Assembly (NCBI GenBank): GCA_951406725.2
Contig: OX597817.1
Span: forward strand, 15,872,001-15,936,000
Length of the DNA stretch: 64,000 bases
Origin: Octopus vulgaris
Lineage: Eukaryota
Direction: 5' to 3'
A model generated the notes under the pieces. That model had not been told where the DNA came from, did no database searches, and saw only the letters and a list, made by a program, of their open reading frames with translations. The position numbers and the translations under genes were made by a program. Shown here in pieces: positions 1-12,399 of this stretch; positions within the stretch are counted from its first letter, which is position 1; every line of letters starts with the position of its first letter.

Positions 1-1855
1 CTGTCCCAAACAACAATATCCAGCCTGTTATGTTTACATTTGACAGAAGTTTTGATGAGAATATTCCATCAGTATTCCTTGAGTTGGTGTTTATGAATGT
101 ATTTCATAACGGAGGGATTTTCTAAGTTTATTTCAGGACAGTCTTTTTTTAGAATAGCATTGTAAATTGTTTTAGTAACAATATCGTGCTGCATAGGGAG
201 GTAATACCATGACTACATTTTAAGACAGCTGATAATCACATGCGTGATATCTTCCACAGAAACATGACATAGCCTCACATGCAGATGCACCTTGGGATTG
301 CAAGAGCATCACTGTCTCTCTTGTTCACCAGGTACTTTGTGGCAATCTCTTGTTCCTGGATTGCAAATGCATAGCCCTCAAAGTGTGATGTGATGTAGTG
401 ATCTTGTGTCCAAGAGAAGCTGCACTTCATGTCAATTCGTCTGTCTTCTTCAAGCTTCCCAGGCAACATACCCATACATAATCGTCCTTTTTTTTTTGTG
501 TGTATGCTGAGTGCTTTCCATCCAGGTCTTCTCTGAGCTGTTTTGGGGCTGTGTAGGAGATCATCAGGAAGGGAATGCTTCTTGCGGATCTCACTGCCAA
601 CTCATACGATGTTGCTCACTTCGCTTTTCAGCACTGCATTTATATATTCATTTTTGCTGCTGTAGTTTAGCAGGTGCTGCCTGAGTGATACCAAACTGCA
701 TTCAAAGGCTGTCCGCACTGATCTCAGGCCTCTATCACCTTCATTTTTTCTTAGGTAGAGCCTGTCAACATCATTGTTTCTGTGGAAGTCCCCAGTTGTT
801 GTCAGGATTTTGCAGGTTTTGATATCTATGAAGTGGATTTCCTCTACAGACCAATCAAGTATCCCAAATGTTGGGATCAGCACTGGTACTGCAAATGCAT
901 TGTGGGATATTGTTTTGTTGTAAAAGGAGAGTTCCGACTGCCATATTTTCCTAAGTCTGGTGTAATATTCTCAGGTCACTCTGTCTTTATTCTCAGTGCC
1001 TTCATATGATACATTTTTGTTGACGCCAGGTACTTGTAACATTCTTTGGGTGGAATGGGGGTGATAGAGAGACTGTTAATGCACAGGTTTTGGGTTTGGG
1101 GACTGACTTTCCTCCTTCTATAACTAAATATACACTTTACACTTATACTTGTTTTAGTCATTTGACTGCGGCCATGCTGGAGCACCGCCTTTAGTCGAAC
1201 AAATCGACCCCGGGACTTATTCTTTGTAAGCCCAGTACTTATTCTATCGGTCTCTTTTGCCGAACCGCTAAGTGACGGGGACGTAAACACACCAGCATCG
1301 GTTGTCAAGCAATGCTAGGGGAACAAACACACACACACACACACATACATATATACATATATATATATATACATATATACGACAGGCTTCTTTCAGTTTC
1401 CGTCTACCAAATCCACTCACAAGGCATTGGTCGGCCCGGGGCTATAGCAGAAGACACAAGATGCCACGCAGTGGGACTGAACCCGGAACCATATGGTTGG
1501 TTAGCAAGCTACTTACCACACAGCCAACATTTCTTTTGGTCAAATTCCATGCCTGTATCAGCTGAAAATGTTGTTATTAATTCCAATTGTGTTTTTTTGG
1601 CATAGTTAACAATATTAACATAAATCTTCAGGTCGTCTACAAAGAAATAATGAGTTACACTGATATTTCTAGCAGTTGAAGATCCTAGTATGTAACCATT
1701 TGTTTTCTGCAGAAGGAATGATAATGAATTCAGTGCCAAAATAAAAAGATGTACAGAAAGATTATTTCCCTGGAATATTCCCTTTGAAATGCCTATACTA
1801 TCAGAAACAATTATTCTGTTCTCAGTTCTAAGGGTAAGAATTGTTGTCCATGTCT
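1..1855 (-). mobile_element. Decayed R4/Dong-like non-LTR retrotransposon (RT end, CCHC, restriction-like endonuclease), split by a SINE at ~1133-1527
   Basis: Minus-strand peptides GIFQGNNLS..LFILAL, FFVDDLKIY, AIQEQEIATK, RLCHVSVEDITHVIISC..QHD and KHNRLDIVVWD. The frame KC|VYLVIEGGK rejoins across the SINE. Multiple stops and frameshifts. Confidence 0.8.
1133..1527 (-). mobile_element. tRNA-headed SINE family A (internal (TA)/(TG) microsatellite, GTAAAAGA-repeat tail)
   Basis: Matches copies at 46624-47030, 48915-49300, 58000-58408 and 63430-63846; A-box-like TGGCTGTGTGG and B-box-like GGTTCAGTCC. Confidence 0.85.
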
Positions 1856-1856
1856 T

Positions 1857-1857
<1 letters not shown>

Positions 1858-1927
<70 letters not shown>

Positions 1928-1952
1928 ATGTGTGTGTATGTGTGTGTGTGTA

Positions 1953-1989
<37 letters not shown>

Positions 1990-2002
1990 ATGTATGTATG
2001 TA
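1858..2002. repeat. (TG)n/(TATG)n microsatellite
   Basis: Direct inspection. Confidence 0.95.
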
Positions 2003-2569
2003 TCATACTCATTTAACATCCATTTACATGCTGGCATGGGTTGAACAGCTTAACAGGGACTGCACCAGGTTCCACAGTCTGTTTTGGCTTGGTTTCTATA
2101 ATTTGATGCCCTTCCTAATGCTAAACTCTTTACAGACTGTACTGTGTGCTTTTTATGTGGCACTACCATCAGAGCTTTTTTACATGGCTATGACACCAGC
2201 ATGAACATCAATGCTTTTTTTTATGTGGTACCAGCTCCAACATCAATTCTTTGTACATGGAACTTTGGTTTTAAGACATCAATTCTGTTGTGAGGGGAGG
2301 GTCTTCAGTCATCTCCTTCATAAGGCTCAGCATTTAGAGATTGGCCTTCTTGTGTGTGAAAACAATAGGCTTTCTGTGCAGTTTCTGTCTACCAAATTTT
2401 ACTGACAAGGTATTGGTCAGTCCAAGACTATAGTAGAAGAAACTTGCCTTAGGCAACACATGGTTGCAAAGTGAACTTCTTAACACCACATACATATCTA
2501 CATCTAAATATATTTAAGTATAATATCAATATGTGTTTTTTTTTTCTGACAACTACTTTTATTTTACAG

Positions 2570-2631
2570 GAATATTATTTCCAAGCCAGTGGTATCTAGA
2601 AGAGAGAAATTTTAACCCATTAGAATTATAT
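2570..2631 (+). CDS. Probable internal 62-bp coding exon of HtrL-like gene copy 1, (G)ILFPSQWYLEERNFNPLELY
   Basis: Acceptor ttttattttacag ends at 2569 and donor gtaagt starts at 2632. The frame is open and ends in phase 0, matching the phase-0 acceptor at 16719. Confidence 0.65.
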
Positions 2632-3757
2632 GTAAGTTTTTCTAAAAAATCTGCTTTATATATCTAAATAAAAAAAATTTAAAAAACGCTTTGAATCATA
2701 AAAATGAAAATATTGTTGCACTGTTTGTTATCATCATCATCATTTAACATTGATTTTCCATGGTGCTAATGGGTTGGATAGTTTGATAGGAACTGGCAAG
2801 TCAGAAGACTGCATCAAGCTCTGCTGTCGGCTTTGGCATGATTTCCATGGCTGGCTGCCACTCCTAACATCAAGTATTGGGTCATTCCATAAATGATGTG
2901 TTTTTTTTTTTATACTTCTTTTATTTTTCAAAATTGAGATGAACAAAGTTCTTTTTTAATCTAAAATATATTCTCCTCCATTTTGTACAATGCTCTTTCA
3001 TCTGTCTGGTAGACTTGCAAGGAATAAGTGCTGAGGTTGATTTCTTTGACTAACACCTTCTAAGGCAGTGCTCCAGCATGGCCGGTGTTAAATGACTGAA
3101 ACAAGTAAAAGAATAAAAGGATAAAAGATTACATCAATATTTTAATGCATAAATATGGCTGGAATCTCTTGTGGTGATGAAGATATCCACTTAGTGATGG
3201 ATATCCTTTCTATGATGAGCTAAATGTAGAATAGGCTAATGCAGGCTTGCATATAATAAGGACTAGAATCCAAATCCAATGAAAACTGGTGAACTAGTGT
3301 CTGAAGCTGAATGAGGTTGATGTTGTACTTACTCTCAACACTTCCGGGAACATGACAATAACAGAGTATCTGAATCCTTTTGCTCCTCTTGTATCTTTAT
3401 GACGGAAATACAAAAAAATTTGAAGTCTCAAGTGATGCTAGCAATAAAACAAAGCAAACTTATATATGTATACAACTTAGTCTCATAACAGCCAATTCAT
3501 GTTACCAAATGGTTTCCTGTTGAAGAACCTTTCACACATATCTTTCAAAAATCCTCTGCCCTTCCTTTCTTCCAAGCTCTGTCGCTCTTTTTCAATTTCT
3601 CCCCAACCCTTTCCATCTCACCCTTACCCCCCTCTGCATTCCATAATTACATACAATTTACAAAAAAGATTAGGATGAACATTTGCCACTTGAATGCCCA
3701 TATAAGGGCAATTTAAAGAACATACTCTGATGAGCCAGCTTTATATATATATATATC

Positions 3758-4242
3758 ATCATCATCATCATCATCATCATCGTTTAACGTCTGCTTTCCA
3801 TGCTAGCATGGGTTGGATGGTTCAACTGGGGTCTGGGAAGCCCGAAGGCTGCACCAGGCCAGTCAGATCTGGCAGTGTTTCTACAGCTGGATGCCCTTCC
3901 TAACACCAACCACTCCGTGAGTGTAGTGGGTGCTTTTTATGTGCCACCGACACAGGTGCCAGACGAGGCTGGTTAACGGCCACACTCGGATGGTGCTTTT
4001 TACGTGCCACCGGCACAGAGGCCAGGTGAGCTTGGCAACGGCCACAATCAGATGGTGTTTGTTACGTGCCACCAGCACGGAGGCCAGTCGATGTGGTGCT
4101 GGCTACGGCCACGTTCGGATGGATCTCTTATGTGCCACCATCCGAATGTGGCTGTAGCCAGCACCGCATTGACTGGCCTCCGTGCTGGTGGCACGTAACA
4201 AACACCATCCGATTGTGGCCGTTGCCAGCCTCGCCTGGCCTC
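3758..4242 (-). mobile_element. RTE 3'UTR-derived element (family C) with (GAT)n tail and an internal inversion
   Basis: Reverse complement of the RTE 3' end at 62930-63131; inverted repeat 4018-4122 / 4138-4242. Confidence 0.8.
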
Positions 4243-4299
4243 CAAACACATATATACATAACACACACACACACACATATACAGAGAGAGAGTTATAGC

Positions 4300-5620
4300 T
4301 CAATTGATTAGAAATAGAATTAAACTAGATGAGACGCAGTTTGATTTTGTACCTGGGAAGAGTGCCACAAATGCCATCTTCCTAGTGAGACAGCCGTAGG
4401 AAAAGCACTTGGCCAAAAGTAAGCCATTGTACTTAGCTTCCATCAACCTGAAGAAAGCTTTCAACAAAGTTCTCTGCTCTATTACATGATGGTCTCTAAG
4501 GAAGTTAGGAGAAGAGGAATGGCTTGTTAAAATTGTACAAGCCATGTGCTGTAGTGCTGTCAGTGATGTGAGAGTTGGCCATGAATACAGTGATAAATTT
4601 AGCGTACAGGTAGGGGTTCACCAGGCTCAGTTCTCAGCCCACTCTTATTCATTATAGTCCTCCAGGCCATAACAGAGGAATTCAAAACTGGGTACCTGTG
4701 GGAACTGCTATATGCTGATGACATTGCTCTTATTGCAGAATCTTTAGCAGAATTGGAGAAGAAATTCCAGGTATGGAAACAAAGCCTGGAGTCAAATGGC
4801 CTTAAAGTCAACCTAACAAAGACCAAAGATGTTGTTTGTAAGAAAAATGATAAAACTCTCTTTCCATCAGGTAAATTGCCCTGCTCAATAAGTAGGAAAG
4901 AAGTTGCTGCACCCAGTGTAAACTATGGACACATAAGAGACGCAGAGGAATCACAAGTAGATTAACAGATAAAGTTGTCTTTGTATGTGGCAGGAACAAT
5001 AAGCACACACGACCGAGATCCTCTCAAATGCCCAAGAGGCTCTCTTAAGGTTATAGATAGTTTTTGTTACCTAGGTGACCAAATTAGCAATGGTGGAGGA
5101 TGCACTGAAAGTCTTGTTTTTAGGATAAGAATTGGGTGGAGGAAGTTCAGAGAGCTACTACCTCTGTTGGCAACAAAAGGACTCTCAGAGTGAAAGGTAG
5201 ACTGTACAGTGTTTGTGTGCGAATGGCTATGCTCCATAGTAGTGAGATATGGGCTCTGAATGCAGATGACATGTGTAGACTGGAGAGAAATGAAGGTAGT
5301 ATGCTCTGTTGGATGTGCAACATCAGTGCGCATGTACAACAAAGTGCAGATGTATTGAGAAAAAGTTAGGTATGAAAGGAATTACATGTGGCATGCAAGA
5401 GAGAAGACTACATTGGTTTGGACATGTGATGTGTATGAATGAGGACAGCTGCATAAAGAAGTGCCGATCACTGAAAGTGGATGGTACCTGTGGAAGAGGG
5501 AGACTGAAGGAGACATGGGATGAAGTAAGGACTGATCTCAGGATGTTGGGCCTCACAGAAGAAATGACAATGGACTGAGATGTCTGGTGATATGAGGTTC
5601 TTGAGAAGACCCACCCACAT
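4300..5620 (+). mobile_element. Decayed 5'-truncated RTE LINE (RT to C-terminus)
   Basis: ELLYADDIALIAES, SFCYLGDQI and RRLHWFGHV, homologous to the 59546-62890 ORF; frameshifted. Confidence 0.9.
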
Positions 5621-5726
5621 CAGTAAAACTGAGTTCTAGAAGTGCTGTGTGTCCTGCCCACACTTAACAAGGAAATTTCTCCCACACTCTACCACAACAA
5701 ACTAAACTATATCTCTACATCTCAAA

Positions 5727-5957
5727 GGCGGTGAGCTGGCAGAACCGTTAGCACGCCGGGCGAAATGCGTAGCCGTATTTCATCTATCATTACGTTCTGA
5801 GTTCAAATTCCGCCGAGGTTGACTTTGCCTTTCATCCTTTCGGGGTCGATAAATTAAGTACCAGTTACGCACTGGGGTCGATGTAATCGACTTAATCCGT
5901 TTTTCGGTCCTTGTTTGTCCCCTCTGTGTTTAGCTCCTTGTGGGTAGTAAAGAAATA
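5727..5957 (+). mobile_element. tRNA-headed SINE family B with 16-bp TSD
   Basis: GGCGGTGAGCTGGCAGAA...GAGTTCAAATTCC...TAAAGAAATA flanked by tatatctctacatctc on both sides. Confidence 0.9.
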
Positions 5958-6249
5958 TATATCTCTACATCTCTTCTCTTTCTCATATTTCCACTTCATT
6001 CACTATGCTTACCTCCCACTCCCCAATCCTACCCTCCTGGCCATGTCCCACTGTATCATTGCTCTCTGCTAGCCCCGCCGACTTGTGTGTTCCACCCACA
6101 CGCCCTGTCTCACTGTATCATTGATATCTGCTAGCTCCTGATCTGTATATTCCACCAACACATAACAAAAAAAACTTTTCACACACCCTGCCCCAACAAA
6201 CCAATCTACATCTTAACATTTCTCTTCCTCACATTTCCTCCTTCATACA

Positions 6250-6470
6250 CTCATCATCATCATTGTTCGACCGTGGTCGAGACAATGGAATTTACCATGC
6301 TACGCCAGACTTCACGGTCCATCATGGCATTACGGAGGTCCTGTTGCTGGATGCCTGTATCCCTGGAGATTACATCAGGGTAGGAGAGTGTGTGCCCTCT
6401 GGTATTGCGAGTAGATGGCTTCCAGAGGAGAAGAGTAGAAATTACCTCTTTTTCAGCTTTTTTATACACT
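6250..6470 (-). mobile_element. 3' end of a second RTE-like LINE family with (GAT)n tail
   Basis: LLLWKPSTRNTRG..YPDVISRDTG..LRNAMMDREVWR is a typical RTE C-terminus. Confidence 0.7.
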
Positions 6471-6559
6471 ATGCTTACCTCCCACACACCAATCCTGTTC
6501 TCATGGACCTGTTCCTCTGTATCATTGCTATCCGGTAGTCCCCTTCAACTCTATATATA

Positions 6560-6870
6560 CCCAGATACCCTATATATACCCAGGTACCCTACGTGTACCC
6601 TTAACGTAGTTCTCGGGGATATTCAGCGTGACACAGAGAGTGACAAGGCCGGCCCTTTAAAATACAGGTACAACAGAAACAGGAAGTAAGAGTGAGAGAA
6701 AGTTGTGGTGAAAGAGTACAGCAGGGATCACCACCATCCCCTGCCAGAGCCTCGTGGAGCTTTTAGGTGTTTTCGCTCAATAAACACTCACAACGCCCAG
6801 TCTAGGAATCGAAACCGCGATCCTATGACTGCGAGTCCGCTGCCCTAACCACTGGGCCATTGCGCCTCCA
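6560..6870 (-). mobile_element. tRNA-headed SINE (family E)
   Basis: Minus strand GGAGGCGCAATGGCCCAGTGGTTAGGGCAGCGG...GGTTTCGATTCC (A and B boxes). Confidence 0.75.
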
Positions 6871-6898
6871 CATAAATTAACCTCTGTATGCATGTATG

Positions 6899-7352
6899 TA
6901 TTTCTTTACTACCCATAAGGGGCTAATCACAGAAGGGGACAAACAAGGATAGACAAACGGATTAAGTCGATTACATCGACTCCAGTGCGTAACTGGCAGA
7001 AACGTTAGCACACTGGGTGAAATACTTAGCGGTATTTCGTCTGCTGTTATGTTCTGAGTTCAAATTCTGCCGAGGTCGACTTTGCCTTTCATCCTTTTGG
7101 GGTCGATAAATTAAGTACCAGTTACGCACTGGGGTCGATATAAACGACTTAATCCATCTGTCCGTCCTTGTTTGTCTCCTCTGTGTTTAGCCCCTTGTGG
7201 GTAGTAAAGAAATAGGTACTTAATTTATCGACCCCGAAAGGATGAAAGGCAAAGTTGACCTCGGTGGAATTTGAACTTAGAACGTAACGGCAGACGAAAT
7301 ACGGCTACTCATTTTGCCAGGCATGCTAACGTTTCTGCCAGCTCGCGGCCTT
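6899..7352 (-). mobile_element. SINE B (-) containing a nested SINE B (+, ~6993-7214)
   Basis: The minus copy is interrupted at aactgg|gtacttaat by a plus copy ending TAAAGAAATA. Confidence 0.85.
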
Positions 7353-7387
7353 ATGTATGCATATATATGTGTGTGTGAGTATGTATA

Positions 7388-7418
<31 letters not shown>

Positions 7419-7639
7419 ACTCTTACTCTTTTTTTTTTTTTTTACTTGTTTCAGTCATTTGACTGTGGCAATGCTGGAGCACCACCTTTAGTCGAGCAAA
7501 TCGACCCCGGGACTTATTCTTTGTAAGCCCACTACTTATTCTATCGGTCTCTTAGGCCGAACAGCTAAGTGACGGGGACGTAAACACACCAGCATCGGTT
7601 GTCAAGCAATGCTAGGGGGACAAACACAGACACACAAAC

Positions 7640-7685
<46 letters not shown>

Positions 7686-7691
<6 letters not shown>

Positions 7692-7912
7692 TATATAGAA
7701 GGAGTTTCTACAGGACTAGTACTGTTTCATTCAAGAGAAATCTTCAGGAAGCTGTGTATGTCTCTGTGTGTGTATGTGTATGGCTTCCTGAAGATTTCTC
7801 TTGAATGAAACAGTACTAGTCCTGTAGAAGCTCCTTCTATATAATAAATTAATTTTACTCTGCTATGTATTGAGTACCTTACTTACTGTGGTTAACCCCG
7901 AATCAACCCGGG
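7686..7912 (+). mobile_element. Penelope-like pLTR fragment with an inverted truncated copy (67-bp arms 7686-7752 / 7783-7849)
   Basis: Inverted repeat with 1 mismatch, hammerhead motif, AATAAA, inserted in (TA)n. Confidence 0.7.
7783..7831 (+). ncRNA. Minimal type I hammerhead ribozyme motif (mirror copy on - at 7704-7752)
   Basis: GCTTC-CTGAAGA-tttctcttgaat-GAAA-CAG tACTAGTc CTGT-A-GAAGC. Stem I GCTTC/GAAGC, near-palindromic stem III, GUA triplet; stem II is weak. Confidence 0.7.
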
Positions 7913-7967
<55 letters not shown>

Positions 7968-8481
7968 TATATACATATATACGACAGGCTTCTTTCAGTT
8001 TCCGTCTACCAAATCCACTCACAAGGCATTGGTCGGTCCGGGGCTATAGCAGAAGACACTTGCCCAAGATGCCATGCAGTGGGACTGAACCCGGAACCAT
8101 GTGGTTGGTTAGCAAGCTACTTACCACACAGCCACTCCTGCGCCTTTTGTGTATGTTTTCCCATAATTGCAAATATTCTAATTAAGCTGTCCCCTATGGT
8201 ACCAGCTTAATTTCTAGTTGCTGTATATGGTTGCCAAATATTCTATGCTTTCAGTTGGGGAATGATATCAAGCACCTCTCCTCCATGGACTGATAAGCAA
8301 ACTGTAAAACATGTGAGTCATGTCCCACAATGCCCTTTTTATTGTTCAAGGGAAGAAGGGAACCAAAGCGTTTATGTTCTTTTAACTTCCTGTCAAAACA
8401 AAAGCTTTCAAATATTCACAATTATTTTCAGCTCTTCTAATTCAAACTGCATTGTGTAGTAGAGTATACATATTTTGTTGT

Positions 8482-8483
<2 letters not shown>

Positions 8484-8515
<32 letters not shown>

Positions 8516-8570
8516 TGTGTGTGTGTCTCTGTGTGTTTGTGTGTGTGTGTGTGTCTGTCTGTGTGTGTAT

Positions 8571-8615
<45 letters not shown>

Positions 8616-9310
8616 TGTGTGTGTCTGTCTGTCTGTCTGTGTATGTGTCTGTGTGTGTGTCTCTGTGTGTGTGTGTGTGTGTGTGTGTGTCTGTCTGTCT
8701 GTGTATGTGTCTGTGTGTGTGTCTGTGTGTTTGTGTGTGTGTGTGTGTCTGTCTGTCTGTCTGTGTGTGTGTATGTGTGTGTCTCTGTGTGTTTGTGTGT
8801 GTGTGTCTGTCTGTCTGTCTGCATATGTGTTTGTGTGTGTGTCTCTGTGTGTGTATGTCTGTTTGTATGTGTGTATGCGTTTTTGTCTGTGTGTGTGTGT
8901 GTGTATGCGTGTATCTGCCTGTGTGTGTACGTGTGTCTGCCTGTGTGTGTATGTGTGTGTGTCTCTGTGTGTTTGTGTGTGTGTGTGTGTCTGTCTGTGT
9001 ATGTGTTTGTGTGTCTCTGTGTGTGTATGTCTGTTTGTATGTGTGCATGCGTTTTTGTCTGTGTGTGTGTATGTGTGTGTCTGCCTGTGTGTGTACGTGT
9101 GTGTGTGTCTGTGTGTGTTGTGTGTGTGTGTGTGTGTGTGTCTGTCTGTATGTCTGTAGGTCTGCATATGTGTTTGTGTGTGTGTCTCTGTGTGTGTGTG
9201 TCTGTTTGTATGTGTGTATGCGTTTTTGTCTGTGTGTGTGTGTGTATGCGTGTGTCTGCCTGTATGTGTATGTGTGTGTCTGTGTCTCTGTTTGGTGTGT
9301 GTGTGTGTGT
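8484..9310. repeat. Degenerate compound (GT)/(GTCT) microsatellite with higher-order periodicity
   Basis: Recurrent marker motif atgcgtttttgtctgt. Confidence 0.95.
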
Positions 9311-9490
9311 TTTATAATTCTGCTTTGTCTATAGCAGGATAAGTAACTGTTCATTAGGTATCAGCACTTACTGATCTGGATTAAAAAATAAATAAATTTT
9401 AAGCCTATCTGCTGAGAACAAATACTGGAAACAGCTGTGTGTACTTGACCTAATGAACTCGCCTTCCTTTGTTAGTTATTTAAATAATAT

Positions 9491-9526
<36 letters not shown>

Positions 9527-9614
9527 CTACATGTGGATTTATATTTGTATGTTAATTGGCAAATCCATACCCCTCAGATCACCAATTTATCTCCCCTCAT
9601 GCACTATGCTTCTA

Positions 9615-9617
9615 ACA

Positions 9618-9651
<34 letters not shown>

Positions 9652-9925
9652 CTATTTATTTATCTATCCCTCACTCCACTCTCTCTCTCTCTCTCTTTCT
9701 TTCTATTTATTTATCTATCCCTTACTCCACTCTCTCTCTCTCTCTCTCTTTCTTTCTATTTATTTATCTATCCCTTACTCCACTCTCTCTCTCTCTCTTT
9801 CTTTCTATTTATTTATCTATCCCTTACTCCACACTCTCTCTCTCTCTCTCTTTCTTTCTATTTATTTATCTATCCCTCACTCCTCTCTCTCTCTCTTTCT
9901 TTCTATTTATTTATCTATCCCTCAC

Positions 9926-9964
<39 letters not shown>

Positions 9965-10095
9965 CTATTTATTTATCTATCCCTTACTCCACTCTCTCTC
10001 TCTCTTTCTTTCTATTTATTTATCTATCCCTTACTCCACTCTCTCTCTCTCTCTCTTTCTTTCTATTTATTTATCTATCCCTTACTCCACTCTCA

Positions 10096-10135
<40 letters not shown>

Positions 10136-10315
10136 TTCTTTCTATTTATTTATCTATCCCTTACTCCACTCTCTCTCTCTCTCTTTCTTTCTATTTATTT
10201 ATCTATATCTTACTCCACTCTCTCTCTCTCTCTCTTTCTTTCTATTTATTCATCTATCCCTTACTCCACTCTCTCTCTCTCTTTCTTTCTATTTATTTAT
10301 CTATCCCTCACTCCA

Positions 10316-10347
<32 letters not shown>

Positions 10348-10413
10348 CTATTTATTTATCTATCCCTTACTCCACTCTCTCTCTCTCTCTCTCTCTTTCT
10401 TTCTATTTATTTA

Positions 10414-10446
<33 letters not shown>

Positions 10447-10470
10447 CTATTTATTTATCTATCTCTTACT
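9615..10470. repeat. Minisatellite, unit ~45 bp: (CT)n-TTCTTTCTATTTATTTATCTATCCCTTACTCCA, roughly 19 copies
   Basis: Direct inspection. Confidence 0.95.
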
Positions 10471-10659
10471 CCTTCAGCCTACCTAAATACGTCATCCCTC
10501 TCTCTTCCCCCTGTCAACTGTATCATCATTAATGCTACTTGCATCCCTCCCCAACTACTACACCCCTCCCCTCAACAGGTGTCACCAACATCCCTTTACA
10601 GGTATCACCGACATCCCTCTCCTCCATTCTCCTATTTCTCAAGGTAGCCATAAAATCTA

Positions 10660-10835
10660 GAGACACATGAAATTGATTTTTTTTAAATGCCCTGGAGGTT
10701 CTCTAGAAGTTGTAGATAATTTCTACTAAGTAGGTAACTTATTAGCAACAGAGGTAGATGTACTAAAAATGTAATAGCAAGAATAAACATGGGATGGAGA
10801 AAATTCAGAGAGCTTTTGCCTCTATTGGCAACCAA

Positions 10836-10893
<58 letters not shown>

Positions 10894-11990
10894 CCCCTCT
10901 CTCGCTCTCCCCCCCCTCTCCCCCCCTCTCTCCCTCTCTCTCCCTCTCTCTCCCCCTCTCTCCCCCTCTCTCGCTCTCTCCCCCTCTCCCCCTCTCTCCC
11001 TCTCTCTCGCTCTCTCTCCCTCTCTCTCGCTCTCTCTCTCTCTCCCTCTCTCTCCCTCTCTCTCCCTCTCTCTCCCTCTCTCTCCCTCTCTCTCTCCCTT
11101 TCTCTCCCCCCTCTCTCTATCTCCCTTTCTCTCCCCCTCTCTCTCTATCTCCCTTTCTCTCCCTCTCTCTCCCTCTCTCTATCTCCCTTTCTCTCCCCCT
11201 CTCTCTCTATCTCCCTTTCTCTCCCCCTCTCTCGCTCTCTCCCCCTCTCCCCCCCCTCTCTCTCTCTCCTCTCTCTTTCTCTCTGAGTGAAAGGAAAATT
11301 GAATGATTAAATAATTCATGTGTGTGAACATCAATGTCACATGGTAGTGAAAAGGGGGAGGGGCCCTGAATACAGAGGACATGCGAAGATTAGAGAGGAA
11401 TAAAACTAATATGTTCTGCTCAATGTGCATTGTAATTGTGCATGTGCAACAGAGCACTAGTGTACTGAGTGAAAAGTTAGACATAAGAGGAATTAAATAA
11501 GGCGGTGAGCTGGCAGAAACGTTAGCACGCCGGGCGAAATGCGTAGCCGTATTTCGTCTGCCGTTACGTTCTGAGTTCAAATTCTGCTGAGGTCGACTTA
11601 ACCTTTCATCCTTTCGGGGTCGATTAAATAAGTACCAGTTATGCACTGGGGTCGATATAATCGACTTAATCCGTTTGTCTGTCCTTGTTTGTCCCCTCTG
11701 TGTTTAGCCCCTTGTGGGTAGTAAAGAAATAGAGGAATTAAATGGAGTTTGCAAGAGAGACGACAGCACTGGTTTAATCCTGTGATGCATATGGATGTGG
11801 CCAGTTGCATAAAGAAGTGCTGATCACTTAAAGTGGGTCAAACTTGGGGAAGAGGGTGACCCAGGAAGACAGTGGACAAAGTATTGAAGGCTGATCTCAA
11901 GACACTGAACCTCACAAAGAAGATGACAAAGGACCAAAATATCTGGCACCTTGCTGTACTCAAGAAAACTCAACCACCACACCAGAATTT
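10660..11990 (+). mobile_element. Decayed RTE 3' fragment interrupted by a CT-rich tract (10839-11284) and a SINE B
   Basis: GWRKFRELLPLLATKGLS before the tract; RTE homology resumes after it. Confidence 0.8.
11501..11731 (+). mobile_element. SINE B with 13-bp TSD agaggaattaaat
   Basis: Full-length copy with flanking duplication. Confidence 0.9.
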
Positions 11991-12399
11991 ATATCCTAAG
12001 CCACGTTGGTAATGCTTGTCTGTGAGAAGCTCTGCCTCACCCCCCCCCCCCCCATCTATCCTCTCTGCATCATCAACCATTTCTCTCCCACATTTCATCC
12101 CCTAACACCCATCACTTCTCTATCACCTGACAGCAGAATAGGTACGTTCTACACTCCTCCACTTTCTCAGTTACCTTCCGTCCTCCACCCCCAGACCACT
12201 TCTATTTCTCATTAACTTCCCCTTCCCCTGCCTATTATCTCCACCAATCACCTACTTTTTGTGCTGTTCTCCCTCCTTAGCACTCGCTTCTCTGCACTCT
12301 CTTTATCTTACTCGCTCACTCATTCTCCTTTCTTTTCCAACTGGGGTATCCAGGAATTTATTCTACAGCAACACACCTATCTCTGTCCCTCTATACCTT

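Larger units (their letters stand above)
7420..8145 (-). mobile_element. SINE A interrupted within its (TA)n by a Penelope-like fragment
   Basis: The two halves of SINE A flank 7686-7912. Confidence 0.85.

Noticed and set aside
3700-3745. CTGATGA after a TATA-like motif as a hammerhead
   Set aside because: Truncated by (TA)n; no GAAA or stem III.
9615-10470. CRISPR-like repeat-spacer appearance
   Set aside because: Spacers are (CT)n, the context is eukaryotic, and there are no cas genes.
8408-11306. Long ORFs of 140-360 aa (HT-, CV- and LS-rich)
   Set aside because: Translations of microsatellites and minisatellites that lack stop codons.
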